Positions 19,123 through 27,679 of a DNA stretch of 64,000 nt are shown here, piece by piece. Positions within the stretch are counted from its first letter, which is position 1. Each line of letters begins with the position of its first letter. This stretch comes from Candidatus Gottesmanbacteria bacterium (lineage in GTDB: Bacteria; Patescibacteriota; Microgenomatia; UBA10105; UBA927), in NCBI GenBank assembly GCA_016214885.1, contig JACRMP010000015.1, positions 13,420-77,419 on the forward strand. Reading direction: 5' to 3'. Position numbers and translations under genes: made by a program. The notes below the pieces were generated by a model. It did not search any database. It was not told the origin of the DNA and worked only from the letters and a program-made list of their open reading frames with translations.

Positions 19123-19947
19123 ATGCACCCCATCCTGCGGTACGCGCTTCTCGTAATAGTTTTTGTGCTGTCTCCTGTCAGTGTACAAGCGGCACGCGCC
19201 ATAACTATTTCAGTTTCACCCGACCAACTTACCGGGGATGAGCCGCTTACCATAACTGCATCACCATCGGGATTTACTGAGGGGGAGACGGTATATATAA
19301 AGGGTGCATTTTTTGCACCCGGTTCAACAAATTATTTCGGTTTTTCACGGGTGGGGGATGCTTCCTGGGTAAAAAATATAGAAACAGCACTTACCCAGCC
19401 AAAAGTAATAATGGGACTTTGGAATAATTATCTTTCGGTAAAAAACGACATATCGGATAGCGGGTATTTGGGAGAAGGGGAGTATTCACTGAAGCTGGGG
19501 TTTTATTATGTAACGGGAGGTAACGCTCTGTCGCCGGTGCAGTGGTCAACCAATTCGGTCACGGTGGTGTTGCGTGAGCCTCCACCCACTCCCACGGAAG
19601 TTCCTACAGCAACTCCCACCTGCACGCCGAGTCCAGTACCCACTGCTACTTTGTCGCCAACCAAAACACCGTCACCTACGGTAACGCTCACTCCGTTTCC
19701 CGTTGTCATAAGGCAAAAAATCGGGAGAACGGCCACCCGTTCGTCTGATATACTGGGAATAAGCAATCAGCCGTCATCGGCAGAGGTGGCACGACCAGAA
19801 TTGATTGTTCAGCCAACGGAGCAGAATGCATCGCAAAATATTGTTTTTGCATTACTTGCTATCGGTGTCGGATTGGGGCTGTTAGCCAGTGCAATAGCTC
19901 TGCAGCAAAGTCCGTTATGGAAAAACAAACAAAAAAAGAACGGTTGA
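19123..19947 (+). CDS. Secreted/surface protein with Pro/Thr-rich linker and C-terminal TM anchor
   Basis: Signal peptide, PPPTPTEVPTATPT repeats, hydrophobic C-terminal helix and basic tail. Confidence 0.75.
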   Translation: MHPILRYALLVIVFVLSPVSVQAARAITISVSPDQLTGDEPLTITASPSGFTEGETVYIKGAFFAPGSTNYFGFSRVGDASWVKNIETALTQPKVIMGLWNNYLSVKNDISDSGYLGEGEYSLKLGFYYVTGGNALSPVQWSTNSVTVVLREPPPTPTEVPTATPTCTPSPVPTATLSPTKTPSPTVTLTPFPVVIRQKIGRTATRSSDILGISNQPSSAEVARPELIVQPTEQNASQNIVFALLAIGVGLGLLASAIALQQSPLWKNKQKKNG

Positions 19948-20378
19948 ACATCAATGTGAGCACTCCTGTTTGGGTGTATTGGCTTCCTGTAGTATGTTGG
20001 ATGGCGGTTATTTTTTTTCTGTCGAGCCGACACAGCGTGACGGTTTCCCCTGAATATTTTTGGAACTTCATGTTTTTTAAAACGCTCCACATCATAGAGT
20101 ATGCCGTACTCTTTACTCTGACATTGCGCGCTACACATCGTTCCGGCGGGACATCCATGAAAAAGTCGGCTTATCTGCGGGCATATATTATTACCGTGCT
20201 CTATGCGATGACAGACGAGATACATCAGCAATTCGTGCCGAGTCGGCAGGGGGCTGTCCGCGATGTTATAATTGACGCCATCGGTGCAGGAGTCGTATGG
20301 TATTACCTTTTGACACAATTACCCAAAGCGCAAAAGACACTCAAAAACTGGGCGAATCGTTTGGAAATTCCTTATTGA
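19917..20378 (+). CDS. VanZ-family membrane protein
   Basis: WMAVIFFLSS, HIIEYAVL, YAMTDEIHQQFVPSR.G..RDV.ID. Confidence 0.9.
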   Translation: MEKQTKKERLNINVSTPVWVYWLPVVCWMAVIFFLSSRHSVTVSPEYFWNFMFFKTLHIIEYAVLFTLTLRATHRSGGTSMKKSAYLRAYIITVLYAMTDEIHQQFVPSRQGAVRDVIIDAIGAGVVWYYLLTQLPKAQKTLKNWANRLEIPY

Positions 20379-20761
20379 AGGGGAGTGGGATCCGCGGGGA
20401 ACCTGCAAAGGTTGTATGTCTCCGGGGAGATTTAGGGAGCGGCAAGACCACCTTTGTCCAGGGAGTGGCCAGAGGACTTGGTGTTACCTCGCGTCTCCTC
20501 TCCCCCACATTTATCATTGTGCGACGTTATGCTATTCCACAACAAACAGGAGAGTTATATCATCTGGATTTATACCGGACGGAAAACGAGAAGGATGCCG
20601 AAGCTATCGGATTTTCGGATATGATTAGTTATCCCGGTGCTGTTGTTATCATTGAGTGGCCGGAGCGATTGGAGGGGTTGTTGCCGAAGAAGCGTACTGA
20701 AATTAATTTTTGGGTGTTGCCCGACGGTGCCCACAGAATATCCGGGAGGAATTATGGATAA
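20297..20761 (+). CDS. tsaE: tRNA t6A biosynthesis ATPase TsaE
   Basis: GDLGSGKTTFVQG, SPTF, HLDLYR, IEWPE. Confidence 0.95.
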   Translation: MVLPFDTITQSAKDTQKLGESFGNSLLKGSGIRGEPAKVVCLRGDLGSGKTTFVQGVARGLGVTSRLLSPTFIIVRRYAIPQQTGELYHLDLYRTENEKDAEAIGFSDMISYPGAVVIIEWPERLEGLLPKKRTEINFWVLPDGAHRISGRNYG

Positions 20762-21344
20762 CCAGGTGCGTCGTGCCATTGAGGTATTGTCTCAAGGGGG
20801 AATTATTATTTTTCCTACTGATACGGCGTTCGGCATAGGGTGCCGGCTTGATAAACCCCAAAGCGTAGAACGGCTGTTTACTCTCCGTGAGCGTCCGCTC
20901 ACGCAGGCCATGCCCGTGCTTGTTGATTCTATAGATATGGCACTCGCCTACCTCGATCGTCCATCAGACATTGTGCGACGTATGATGCAAGCCCATTGGC
21001 CGGGTGGGTTGACGATTGTTGCTCCCTGCAAAAAAAAATTAGTGTACTCCCCTATCCGCGGGGGTGGTGAAACTATCGGTGTCCGACAGCCGGATCATGA
21101 AACGACTATCAGTATTATCCGCGGGGCGGGTGTACCCATCCTGGGGTCGTCTGCTAATTTCCACGGGAAAACAACACCCTTTACGTTTGCCGATCTTGAT
21201 CCGGAGCTTACCGCTTTGGTTGACTATGTCGTGCCGGGGGTAGGGAAAACAACTACAGCCTCCACCGTCGTGGATACAACACGCACTCCCGCTGTGGTTA
21301 TCCGTCAGGGGGCGGTTCTCCTGCGGGAGGATGAGCTGCTATGA
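20754..21344 (+). CDS. tsaC: Threonylcarbamoyl-AMP synthase (TsaC/Sua5/YrdC)
   Basis: FPTDTAFGIGC, WPGGLTI, IGVRQP, SSAN.HG, STVVD, RQGA; SD GGGAGG. Confidence 0.92.
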   Translation: MDNQVRRAIEVLSQGGIIIFPTDTAFGIGCRLDKPQSVERLFTLRERPLTQAMPVLVDSIDMALAYLDRPSDIVRRMMQAHWPGGLTIVAPCKKKLVYSPIRGGGETIGVRQPDHETTISIIRGAGVPILGSSANFHGKTTPFTFADLDPELTALVDYVVPGVGKTTTASTVVDTTRTPAVVIRQGAVLLREDELL

Positions 21345-21661
21345 AAAAAAATAAAGTAACCTTATTTATAGACACAACCGGCATTCGTGAGGCGCGCGTA
21401 GCCATAGAGGTTAACGGTAAACGTTATGAGAGGGAATCATCCTCTGCTGCCCTGCGGTCACAGGCTGTGCTGCCGCTTATTGAAGAGCTAACTGGCGATG
21501 CCAGCATACAGCTAAGCGATATAACAGGAATTACTGTAGGAGAAGGGCCTGGTTCATTCACCGGCCTTCGGGTGGGTCTTGCAGTTGCCAATATGCTTGG
21601 CGTTCTTCTGGAGGTGCCGGTAAACGGCAAAAAAGCCCTTGTGACTCCCCGGTATTCGTGA
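21341..21661 (+). CDS. tsaB: TsaB, short form with N-terminal domain only
   Basis: LFIDT and GEGPGSFTGLRVG motifs; 106 aa. Confidence 0.85.
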   Translation: MKKNKVTLFIDTTGIREARVAIEVNGKRYERESSSAALRSQAVLPLIEELTGDASIQLSDITGITVGEGPGSFTGLRVGLAVANMLGVLLEVPVNGKKALVTPRYS

Positions 21662-21724
21662 TACCAATAAAGATACGTAATTATTCCCGCCGTTATTATA
21701 TTTGGCGGGGTAAAGGAGTCATAT

Positions 21725-22306
21725 ATGACCAAAGCAAAAGAAGCCGCAGCACCAGCGAAGAAAACAACAAATCCGTTAGTGTTTGTGGGAGTGGGTTGTC
21801 TTGTTTTATTGGTGCTTCTGGGTGTCGGAAGTGCATTAGCCATGAAATTTTTTGCAAATACGGTAGGAAAGAATCTTGTCGAAAAGGCCATAGAATCCAA
21901 AACAGGGGTGAAAACCAATATTAGTGATCTGGAGAACGGAAAAATGACGTTTACCGACAGCAAAACAGGCGCTAAGGTAAATATCGGTAGCGGCGAGGTT
22001 CCCGATACATTTCCCAAAGATTTCCCTTTGTATCCCGGGGCGAAAGTAACAAGCTCACTATCCGGTGCTGAGTCAGGTGAAGGAAGCGGCTTTTGGCTGA
22101 CGCTTGCGACTCCCGATGCATTGGATAAAGTGACCGCGTATTACAAAAAAGAACTTGCCGCAAGCGGCTGGAATACCGAGTCAACATTTTCGGCAAATGA
22201 TACCACCACCCAGGGGATAAAAAAGGGTGACTGGCAGGGATCTCTTTCCATCGGGAAATCCGATGATGAAACCCAGATAGTTATCATCCTGGGTGAGGAT
22301 AAATGA
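21725..22306 (+). CDS. Hypothetical membrane-anchored exported protein
   Basis: TM helix, then VPDTFPKDFPLYPGAKV...V.AYYK.EL..GW; SD AAGGAG. Confidence 0.75.
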   Translation: MTKAKEAAAPAKKTTNPLVFVGVGCLVLLVLLGVGSALAMKFFANTVGKNLVEKAIESKTGVKTNISDLENGKMTFTDSKTGAKVNIGSGEVPDTFPKDFPLYPGAKVTSSLSGAESGEGSGFWLTLATPDALDKVTAYYKKELAASGWNTESTFSANDTTTQGIKKGDWQGSLSIGKSDDETQIVIILGEDK

Positions 22307-22370
22307 TCCTGCAGTATAGCTAGGTGCCGTGCCTCTTGCAGGAAATTGGGCTATAGTGGAGTATAGATAT

Positions 22371-23342
22371 ATGCGTCTGTTCCGATTGCTCCACCATTGG
22401 CTTGTTCCCCATGAGGCGAATAACCACCGCGCGAAAGCGCTTCATCATGAGGCGCTTTTTGCCTATGTCCTGCTTCTTGCCGTGTTTAACCTCGGTATAC
22501 GTTATTTCCATGGCAAAATGCCTGACGTTTTGGGATATGCCACGGATATCCGGGTTGAACAGCTCGTTGCAGCAACTAATGCCAAACGCGCCGAATATGG
22601 TTTATCACCGGTCTCGCTAAACGGCGCCCTTTCCGCCGCCGCCGCGGCAAAAGCAGCCGATATGTTTGCCAATAATTATTGGGCGCACAACAGCCCGGGA
22701 GGTAAGACTCCGTGGGATTTTATTATCGGGGCAGGCTACCGCTATACACTTGCCGGAGAAAATCTGGCTAAAAATTTCCAAACGAGCGACGGCGTTGTTG
22801 AGGCCTGGATGAATAGCGAAACGCATAGAGCAAATATCGTTAAAGGGGGTTATAAAGAAGTGGGATTTGCGGTAGTAAACGGCGTATTAAACGGAGAAGA
22901 AACAACACTGGTGGTACAGATGTTCGGAACCACCTCAGCGCCTATTGCCCAGATTCCCAAAGCAGAAGCCGCAGGACCCGCGCCTACTGTCGCACCAACT
23001 ACCGCCCCGGTAGTTGAGGAGGTTGTGCCGGAACCTGTCGCCCTGGTGCCGGCAGAGCCTGCCGCGGTGAACACGACGCCGGCTCCGGCGCCTGCTGCCA
23101 ATTTCGGCTCAGGATTTTCTTTCGAACGGGTGGTTTCAGTGCCAAAGATCAATATTTCAACGCTCACAAGCAACGTAGCACTTGTTGTTGTAGGCCTTTT
23201 GATAGGACTACTTGCCGTTGACGCGTTTGTGATTAGAAAGAAGCGCGTGGTCAGATTGGCAGGTCATAACATCGCTCATATATTATTTTTAATAACCATG
23301 GTGATAAGTGGACTTGGCATCGTCCGCGGGAGTCTCTTATGA
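22371..23342 (+). CDS. CAP (SCP) domain membrane protein
   Basis: TNAKRAEYGL, YWAHNSP, AGENLA, AWMNSETHRANI; Pro/Ala linker and C-terminal TMs. Confidence 0.9.
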   Translation: MRLFRLLHHWLVPHEANNHRAKALHHEALFAYVLLLAVFNLGIRYFHGKMPDVLGYATDIRVEQLVAATNAKRAEYGLSPVSLNGALSAAAAAKAADMFANNYWAHNSPGGKTPWDFIIGAGYRYTLAGENLAKNFQTSDGVVEAWMNSETHRANIVKGGYKEVGFAVVNGVLNGEETTLVVQMFGTTSAPIAQIPKAEAAGPAPTVAPTTAPVVEEVVPEPVALVPAEPAAVNTTPAPAPAANFGSGFSFERVVSVPKINISTLTSNVALVVVGLLIGLLAVDAFVIRKKRVVRLAGHNIAHILFLITMVISGLGIVRGSLL

Positions 23343-23587
23343 AACAGCAGGATTTGCTTAACGCAATTATATTAATCTGTATTTTGGGCGGCGGCCTGTT
23401 TACCTTCTGGACAGCATCGGGCAATATCCCCCTCCAGCTGGTGATTGGAGGAATTACCACCGTAGCGTATGTTGTGTGGGGAATTGTCCATCACATCTTA
23501 TCCGGGGATTTCCATCGGAAGGTTGTGATAGAATATGTCCTCGTGGGCCTGATAGCATTAGTGTTATTGGCCACATTAGCAGTATAA
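23339..23587 (+). CDS. Small hypothetical membrane protein (3 TM)
   Basis: ATGA coupling; YVVWGIVHH...VVIEY motif. Confidence 0.7.
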   Translation: MKQQDLLNAIILICILGGGLFTFWTASGNIPLQLVIGGITTVAYVVWGIVHHILSGDFHRKVVIEYVLVGLIALVLLATLAV

Positions 23588-23601
23588 GAAAGGAGTACGT
23601 C

Positions 23602-24351
23602 ATGAAAGGTGTCATACTTGCCGGAGGATTAGCCACGAGACTGCGTCCGCTTACTGCGGTAACCAATAAGCATTTACTGCCGGTATATAACAAGCCGATG
23701 ATTTATTATCCCCTGGAGATGATGAAGCGGATAGGGATGAAAGAAGTGCTTCTTATAACCAGCGGCGGTCATGTGGGTGATTTTGCCAACCTTTTGCTTT
23801 CGGGAGAAGAATTCGGGCTCCGGTTGTATTATGCCATTCAACAGAACCCGACGGGGGGAATTGCCGATGGCCTCAAGCTCGCTGAGGAGTTTGCGCATAA
23901 CGAACCTATCATGGTTATTTTAGGGGACAATATATTTAACTTTGATCTTACTGCTTCAATAAAGCGGTTTAATGACACCATAGAAAAGGATAAAAAAGGC
24001 GCAATGGTGTTTGGTGTGCATCGGGAAAAACTCGCCCAGCAGTATGGGGTTATCGAAATGGATAACGAGGGTAAGGTGATAAGCATCGAGGAAAAGCCGG
24101 AACACCCCAAGTCTGATATCGCCCAAACGGGCATTTATGTTTATGACAACAGGGTGTTTGATTTCACCAGAACGCTTAAACCCTCTGACCGCGGACAACT
24201 CGAAGTGACCGATCTTAACAATATGTATCTGGCTGAACACTCACTCATGTGCGAGCTTATAGATTGGTGGGTAGACGCAGGTACATCTCATGATGAATTA
24301 CTGCAGGCAAATGTGCAGGTTGCTGAATTTGTAAAACAAGGAAAACTCTAA
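23602..24351 (+). CDS. rmlA: Glucose-1-phosphate thymidylyltransferase (RmlA/SpsI-like)
   Basis: MKGVILAGGLATRLRPLT...KHLLPVY.KPMIYYP, EEKP, PS.RGQLEVTD; SD AAAGGAG. Confidence 0.9.
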   Translation: MKGVILAGGLATRLRPLTAVTNKHLLPVYNKPMIYYPLEMMKRIGMKEVLLITSGGHVGDFANLLLSGEEFGLRLYYAIQQNPTGGIADGLKLAEEFAHNEPIMVILGDNIFNFDLTASIKRFNDTIEKDKKGAMVFGVHREKLAQQYGVIEMDNEGKVISIEEKPEHPKSDIAQTGIYVYDNRVFDFTRTLKPSDRGQLEVTDLNNMYLAEHSLMCELIDWWVDAGTSHDELLQANVQVAEFVKQGKL

Positions 24352-25367
24352 TGCGATTACTCGTAACCGGGGGAGCCGGATTCATAGGGGCAAACTTCAT
24401 CCTTTATTGGCTGAAGCATCATCCTGACGATGAGATAGTAAACTTCGATAAATTGACCTACGCCGGGAATTTGGAAAATTTGTCCAGTGTTGAAAAAAAT
24501 CCCCGCTACCGGTTTGTACAGGGGGATATTTGTGTATCAAAGGATGTTGTTGCCGCAATGGATGGCATCGATACGGTTGTTCATTTTGCCGCGGAAAGCC
24601 ACGTGGACCGTTCCATTCTTGAGGCGGCACCGTTTATCACCACAAATGTCACTGGCACTCAAGTGCTATTGGATGCTTCCCTCAAAGCAAAGGTAAAACG
24701 TTTCCATCATGTGTCAACAGATGAAGTGTTTGGCGCGCTGCCGCTTAATACGCCTGATAAGTTTAATGAGGCTACGGCATATGACCCCAGGAGTCCGTAT
24801 TCAGCTAGTAAAGCAGGATCGGACCATTTGGTGCGGGCATACTTCCACACGTTCGGACTCCCAGTCACTATAACCAATTGCTCCAATAATTACGGCCCAT
24901 TCCAGTTTCCGGAAAAACTTATTCCGCTTGCTGTCACAAATCTTCTGGAAGGCAGGAAAGTGCCGGTTTATGGGGATGGCAAATACGTGCGTGACTGGCT
25001 ATATGTCGATGACCATTGCAGGGCAATAGATGCAGTGCTCACCCGCGGACGCGTGGGGGAAACATATTGTGTGGGGGGGCTAACCGAAGATGTAGACAAC
25101 CTCACCATCATCAAAAATATTTTAACGATTATGGGTAAGGATGAGTCACAAATTGAATATGTCACCGATCGGCCGGGCCATGACCGCAGGTATGCAGTGG
25201 ACTGGACAAAAATTAATAAGGAGTTGGGATGGAAGCCGGAAAATGATTTCCAAACATGGCTCAATCTTACGGTTGCCTGGTATCGGGATCATGAGGATTG
25301 GTGGAAACGGGTAAAGAGCGGCGCGTATAAAGAATATTACGCAAAACAATACAAAAGCGCCTTATGA
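24351..25367 (+). CDS. rmlB: dTDP-glucose 4,6-dehydratase
   Basis: TGGAGFIG, DKLTYAGN, AAESHVDRS, STDEV, YSASK, RPGHDRRY. Confidence 0.96.
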   Translation: MRLLVTGGAGFIGANFILYWLKHHPDDEIVNFDKLTYAGNLENLSSVEKNPRYRFVQGDICVSKDVVAAMDGIDTVVHFAAESHVDRSILEAAPFITTNVTGTQVLLDASLKAKVKRFHHVSTDEVFGALPLNTPDKFNEATAYDPRSPYSASKAGSDHLVRAYFHTFGLPVTITNCSNNYGPFQFPEKLIPLAVTNLLEGRKVPVYGDGKYVRDWLYVDDHCRAIDAVLTRGRVGETYCVGGLTEDVDNLTIIKNILTIMGKDESQIEYVTDRPGHDRRYAVDWTKINKELGWKPENDFQTWLNLTVAWYRDHEDWWKRVKSGAYKEYYAKQYKSAL

Positions 25368-25609
25368 CCGGGTAGTGAAACTTCAGATGATTCTGTTCTT
25401 TTCATCCCGTACATAGGCGTTACATGAATAGTGAGGTGCGTGTAAATAGAATAGTGTCATGGGTTGTTAAGGAAAAGAGCAGAATCAGGTAAATTTATGC
25501 AAAATGCCGTATCACGACTGGAATATAGATTGATTATGGAAGCTTCTGAATCGCTGTCGAAGCGAATGTTACTTCGCGCGGCGTTTTGCCTGAAGTTCTA
25601 CTACCCGGT
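25367..25609 (+). ncRNA. Unknown ~243-nt three-helix structured element, copy A
   Basis: P1 25367-25386/25590-25609, P2 25388-25403/25472-25487, P3 25499-25509/25579-25589; second copy at 57954-58197. RNA versus DNA function is not established. Confidence 0.65.
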
Positions 25610-26308
25610 ATGAAACTTCTGGGAACCGGCTTATCAGGGTTGGTTGGGTCGCGTATTGTGGCGCTTCTGTCACAGCATACATTCACCAATTTCAGCCTGG
25701 AAAACGGCGTTGATATAACCGACAGTGCTTCGATTACCCCCCGTATTACCGGTGACACTGATTCCCCTTGGGTATTGCACCTTGCGGCCTACACCAATGT
25801 CCAGCAGGCAGAGGCAGATGCGTTGTTGGGTGAGAATAGTACGGCGTGGAAGGTAAACGTCGCCGCTACCCAAACGCTCGTTGATGCATGCCGCATCACG
25901 GGCAAGCATTTGCTGTATATCGATACCGATTATGCATTTGACGGGGCTAAAGACGTATATTCTGAAGAGGACACACCGCATCCGCTGGGCTGGTACGCCA
26001 AGACTAAATCCGAAGGGGCAATCGCAGCAGCCATAGACGCACTCATGTCCCGCCAAGCCAGCGGTATCTATCATGTGGTGGGGAGTGAAGCCCTTTCTCC
26101 TTATATAGCTGCAGGTATTGTGGCAAAAACATACGGACTCGATGAAGCGCTAGTGAAGCCCACCACCTTTGCTTCTTATTTTGCAGGCAAAGCTCCAATT
26201 CCCCAAAAAGCCGTATTAACAAACGGAAAAATCCGTGCATTGGGGGTTAGCATGCGTGGGTTTGCTGACGGGGTTTCTGAGATGAAACGTCAGGAAGAGA
26301 ATTCCTGA
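25610..26308 (+). CDS. rmlD: dTDP-4-dehydrorhamnose reductase (RmlD-like) with apparent in-frame internal deletion
   Basis: GTGLSGLVG, HLAAYTNV, DTDYAFDG, YAKTK; only 232 aa, jumping from YxxxK directly to the IAAAI helix. Confidence 0.75.
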   Translation: MKLLGTGLSGLVGSRIVALLSQHTFTNFSLENGVDITDSASITPRITGDTDSPWVLHLAAYTNVQQAEADALLGENSTAWKVNVAATQTLVDACRITGKHLLYIDTDYAFDGAKDVYSEEDTPHPLGWYAKTKSEGAIAAAIDALMSRQASGIYHVVGSEALSPYIAAGIVAKTYGLDEALVKPTTFASYFAGKAPIPQKAVLTNGKIRALGVSMRGFADGVSEMKRQEENS

Positions 26309-26362
26309 AGCTGACGGCACAACGCTGTACACAGAACGATTTATTTCGTATACTATTTGCCT

Positions 26363-27658
26363 ATGACGATAGCATTTGTTGGTCACGGATATGTCGGTTT
26401 AGTAACTGCTGCTGTGTTTGCCGATTTAGGCAATACGGTATGGGTAGTCGGGAGAACGAAAGAGAAAATTGAACGGTTGAAAAAAGGCGACCCGCTTATT
26501 TATGAACCGGGACTTGACGAGCTCCTCAAGAGAAATCTTGCCGCAGGAAGGCTTAAATTTACCCTAGATTATAAGGAAGCGGTAGTAGCATCGGCTGTCA
26601 TATTTATCGCGGTAGGGACCCCTTCTAAGCCAAACGGCGAAGCGGATCTGAGTCAGGTATTTGCCGCCGCAGAAGAAATCGGCAAATCACTGGTAGGATA
26701 CAAAGTGGTGGTCACCAAGAGTACCGTACCTCCGGGAACGGGTAAGAAAGTCGCGGCAATTGTTGAGAAAGTGAAGCCGGACGGATCTTCGTTTGCGATC
26801 GCTTCATGTCCGGAGTTTCTCCGTGAGGGAACGGGGTTATCCGATACACTGCATCCTGACCGGGTAGTGATCGGCACCAATTCCGACCGGGCGCGCGATA
26901 TTCTGGTTGAGCTCCATAAATCCATCGACGGAAAAGCGGTACTTAGTAATGTAGAAACAGCCGAGCTTATTAAATACGCCTCAAACTCCATGCTGGCGAC
27001 TAAAATATCGTTTGCCAACGCCATTTCATTTTTGGCGGAGAAAGTGGGCGCTGATGTGGAAAAGGTACTCGAAGGCGTGGGTCTGGATAAACGCATCGGC
27101 AGAAGTTTTCTGTATCCCGGGGTGGGGTACGGCGGAAGCTGTTTTCCTAAAGATGTCAAAGCGCTTATCGCCATTGCGGGAGAATATGAGTATGACTTCA
27201 AGCTTCTGAGGGCTGTCCACGAAGTAAATAACGAAGCGAGGAGTAATTTTGTCGGAAAAATTGTCCAGCATTTTACCTCGCTTAAGGGAAAAACAATAGC
27301 CGTATTGGGATTGGCATTTAAGCCGGATACCGATGATATGCGCGAGGCGCCATCTACGGATATTATCCACTCGCTTATCGAGAAGGGTGCCAAAATTGCC
27401 GTATATGATCCCATCGCCATGAATAAGGCAAAAGAAAAGTTACCGTCAGGAATACGATTTGCCAAGGATCCGTACGATGCAGCCCGCGACGCGGATGCTG
27501 TGGCAATTGTCACCGAATGGAATGAATTCCGCCAGATCGATCTTGTACGTCTAGCCAAAGGCATGAAACATCTGGTATTATTTGATGGAAGAAACATTTA
27601 CGAGCCCGCGAGAGTGCGGGAGCTCGGCTTCATGTATTACGGTGTCGGTAGAATGTAA
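26363..27658 (+). CDS. ugd: UDP-glucose 6-dehydrogenase
   Basis: GHGYVGL, KSTVPPGT, PEFLREG, GYGGSCFPKD, GLAFKPDTDDMRE. Confidence 0.95.
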   Translation: MTIAFVGHGYVGLVTAAVFADLGNTVWVVGRTKEKIERLKKGDPLIYEPGLDELLKRNLAAGRLKFTLDYKEAVVASAVIFIAVGTPSKPNGEADLSQVFAAAEEIGKSLVGYKVVVTKSTVPPGTGKKVAAIVEKVKPDGSSFAIASCPEFLREGTGLSDTLHPDRVVIGTNSDRARDILVELHKSIDGKAVLSNVETAELIKYASNSMLATKISFANAISFLAEKVGADVEKVLEGVGLDKRIGRSFLYPGVGYGGSCFPKDVKALIAIAGEYEYDFKLLRAVHEVNNEARSNFVGKIVQHFTSLKGKTIAVLGLAFKPDTDDMREAPSTDIIHSLIEKGAKIAVYDPIAMNKAKEKLPSGIRFAKDPYDAARDADAVAIVTEWNEFRQIDLVRLAKGMKHLVLFDGRNIYEPARVRELGFMYYGVGRM

Positions 27659-27679
27659 AAATTTTTAAGGAGGAAAGAT

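Noticed and set aside
19579-19701. Repetitive Pro/Thr-encoding stretch as a possible tandem repeat or CRISPR
   Set aside because: Low-complexity protein linker with varied codons; no repeat-spacer periodicity.
25367-25609. Element as tRNA, integron attC or autonomous IS
   Set aside because: No cloverleaf, T-loop or CCA; no RYYYAAC/GTTRRRY ends; no transposase or integrase is encoded in it or elsewhere in the window.
25497-25613. 38-aa ORF (MQNAVSRLEY...FYYPV) inside element copy A, ending in an ATGA overlap with rmlD
   Set aside because: Copy B has the same MQNA start but stops after 21 codons and is out of frame with the end; conservation is explained by the P3/P1 helices. Not fully excluded as a leader peptide.
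26653-27597. 314-aa antisense ORF
   Set aside because: It lies wholly opposite ugd, is Ser-rich and has no motif; a typical antisense shadow.
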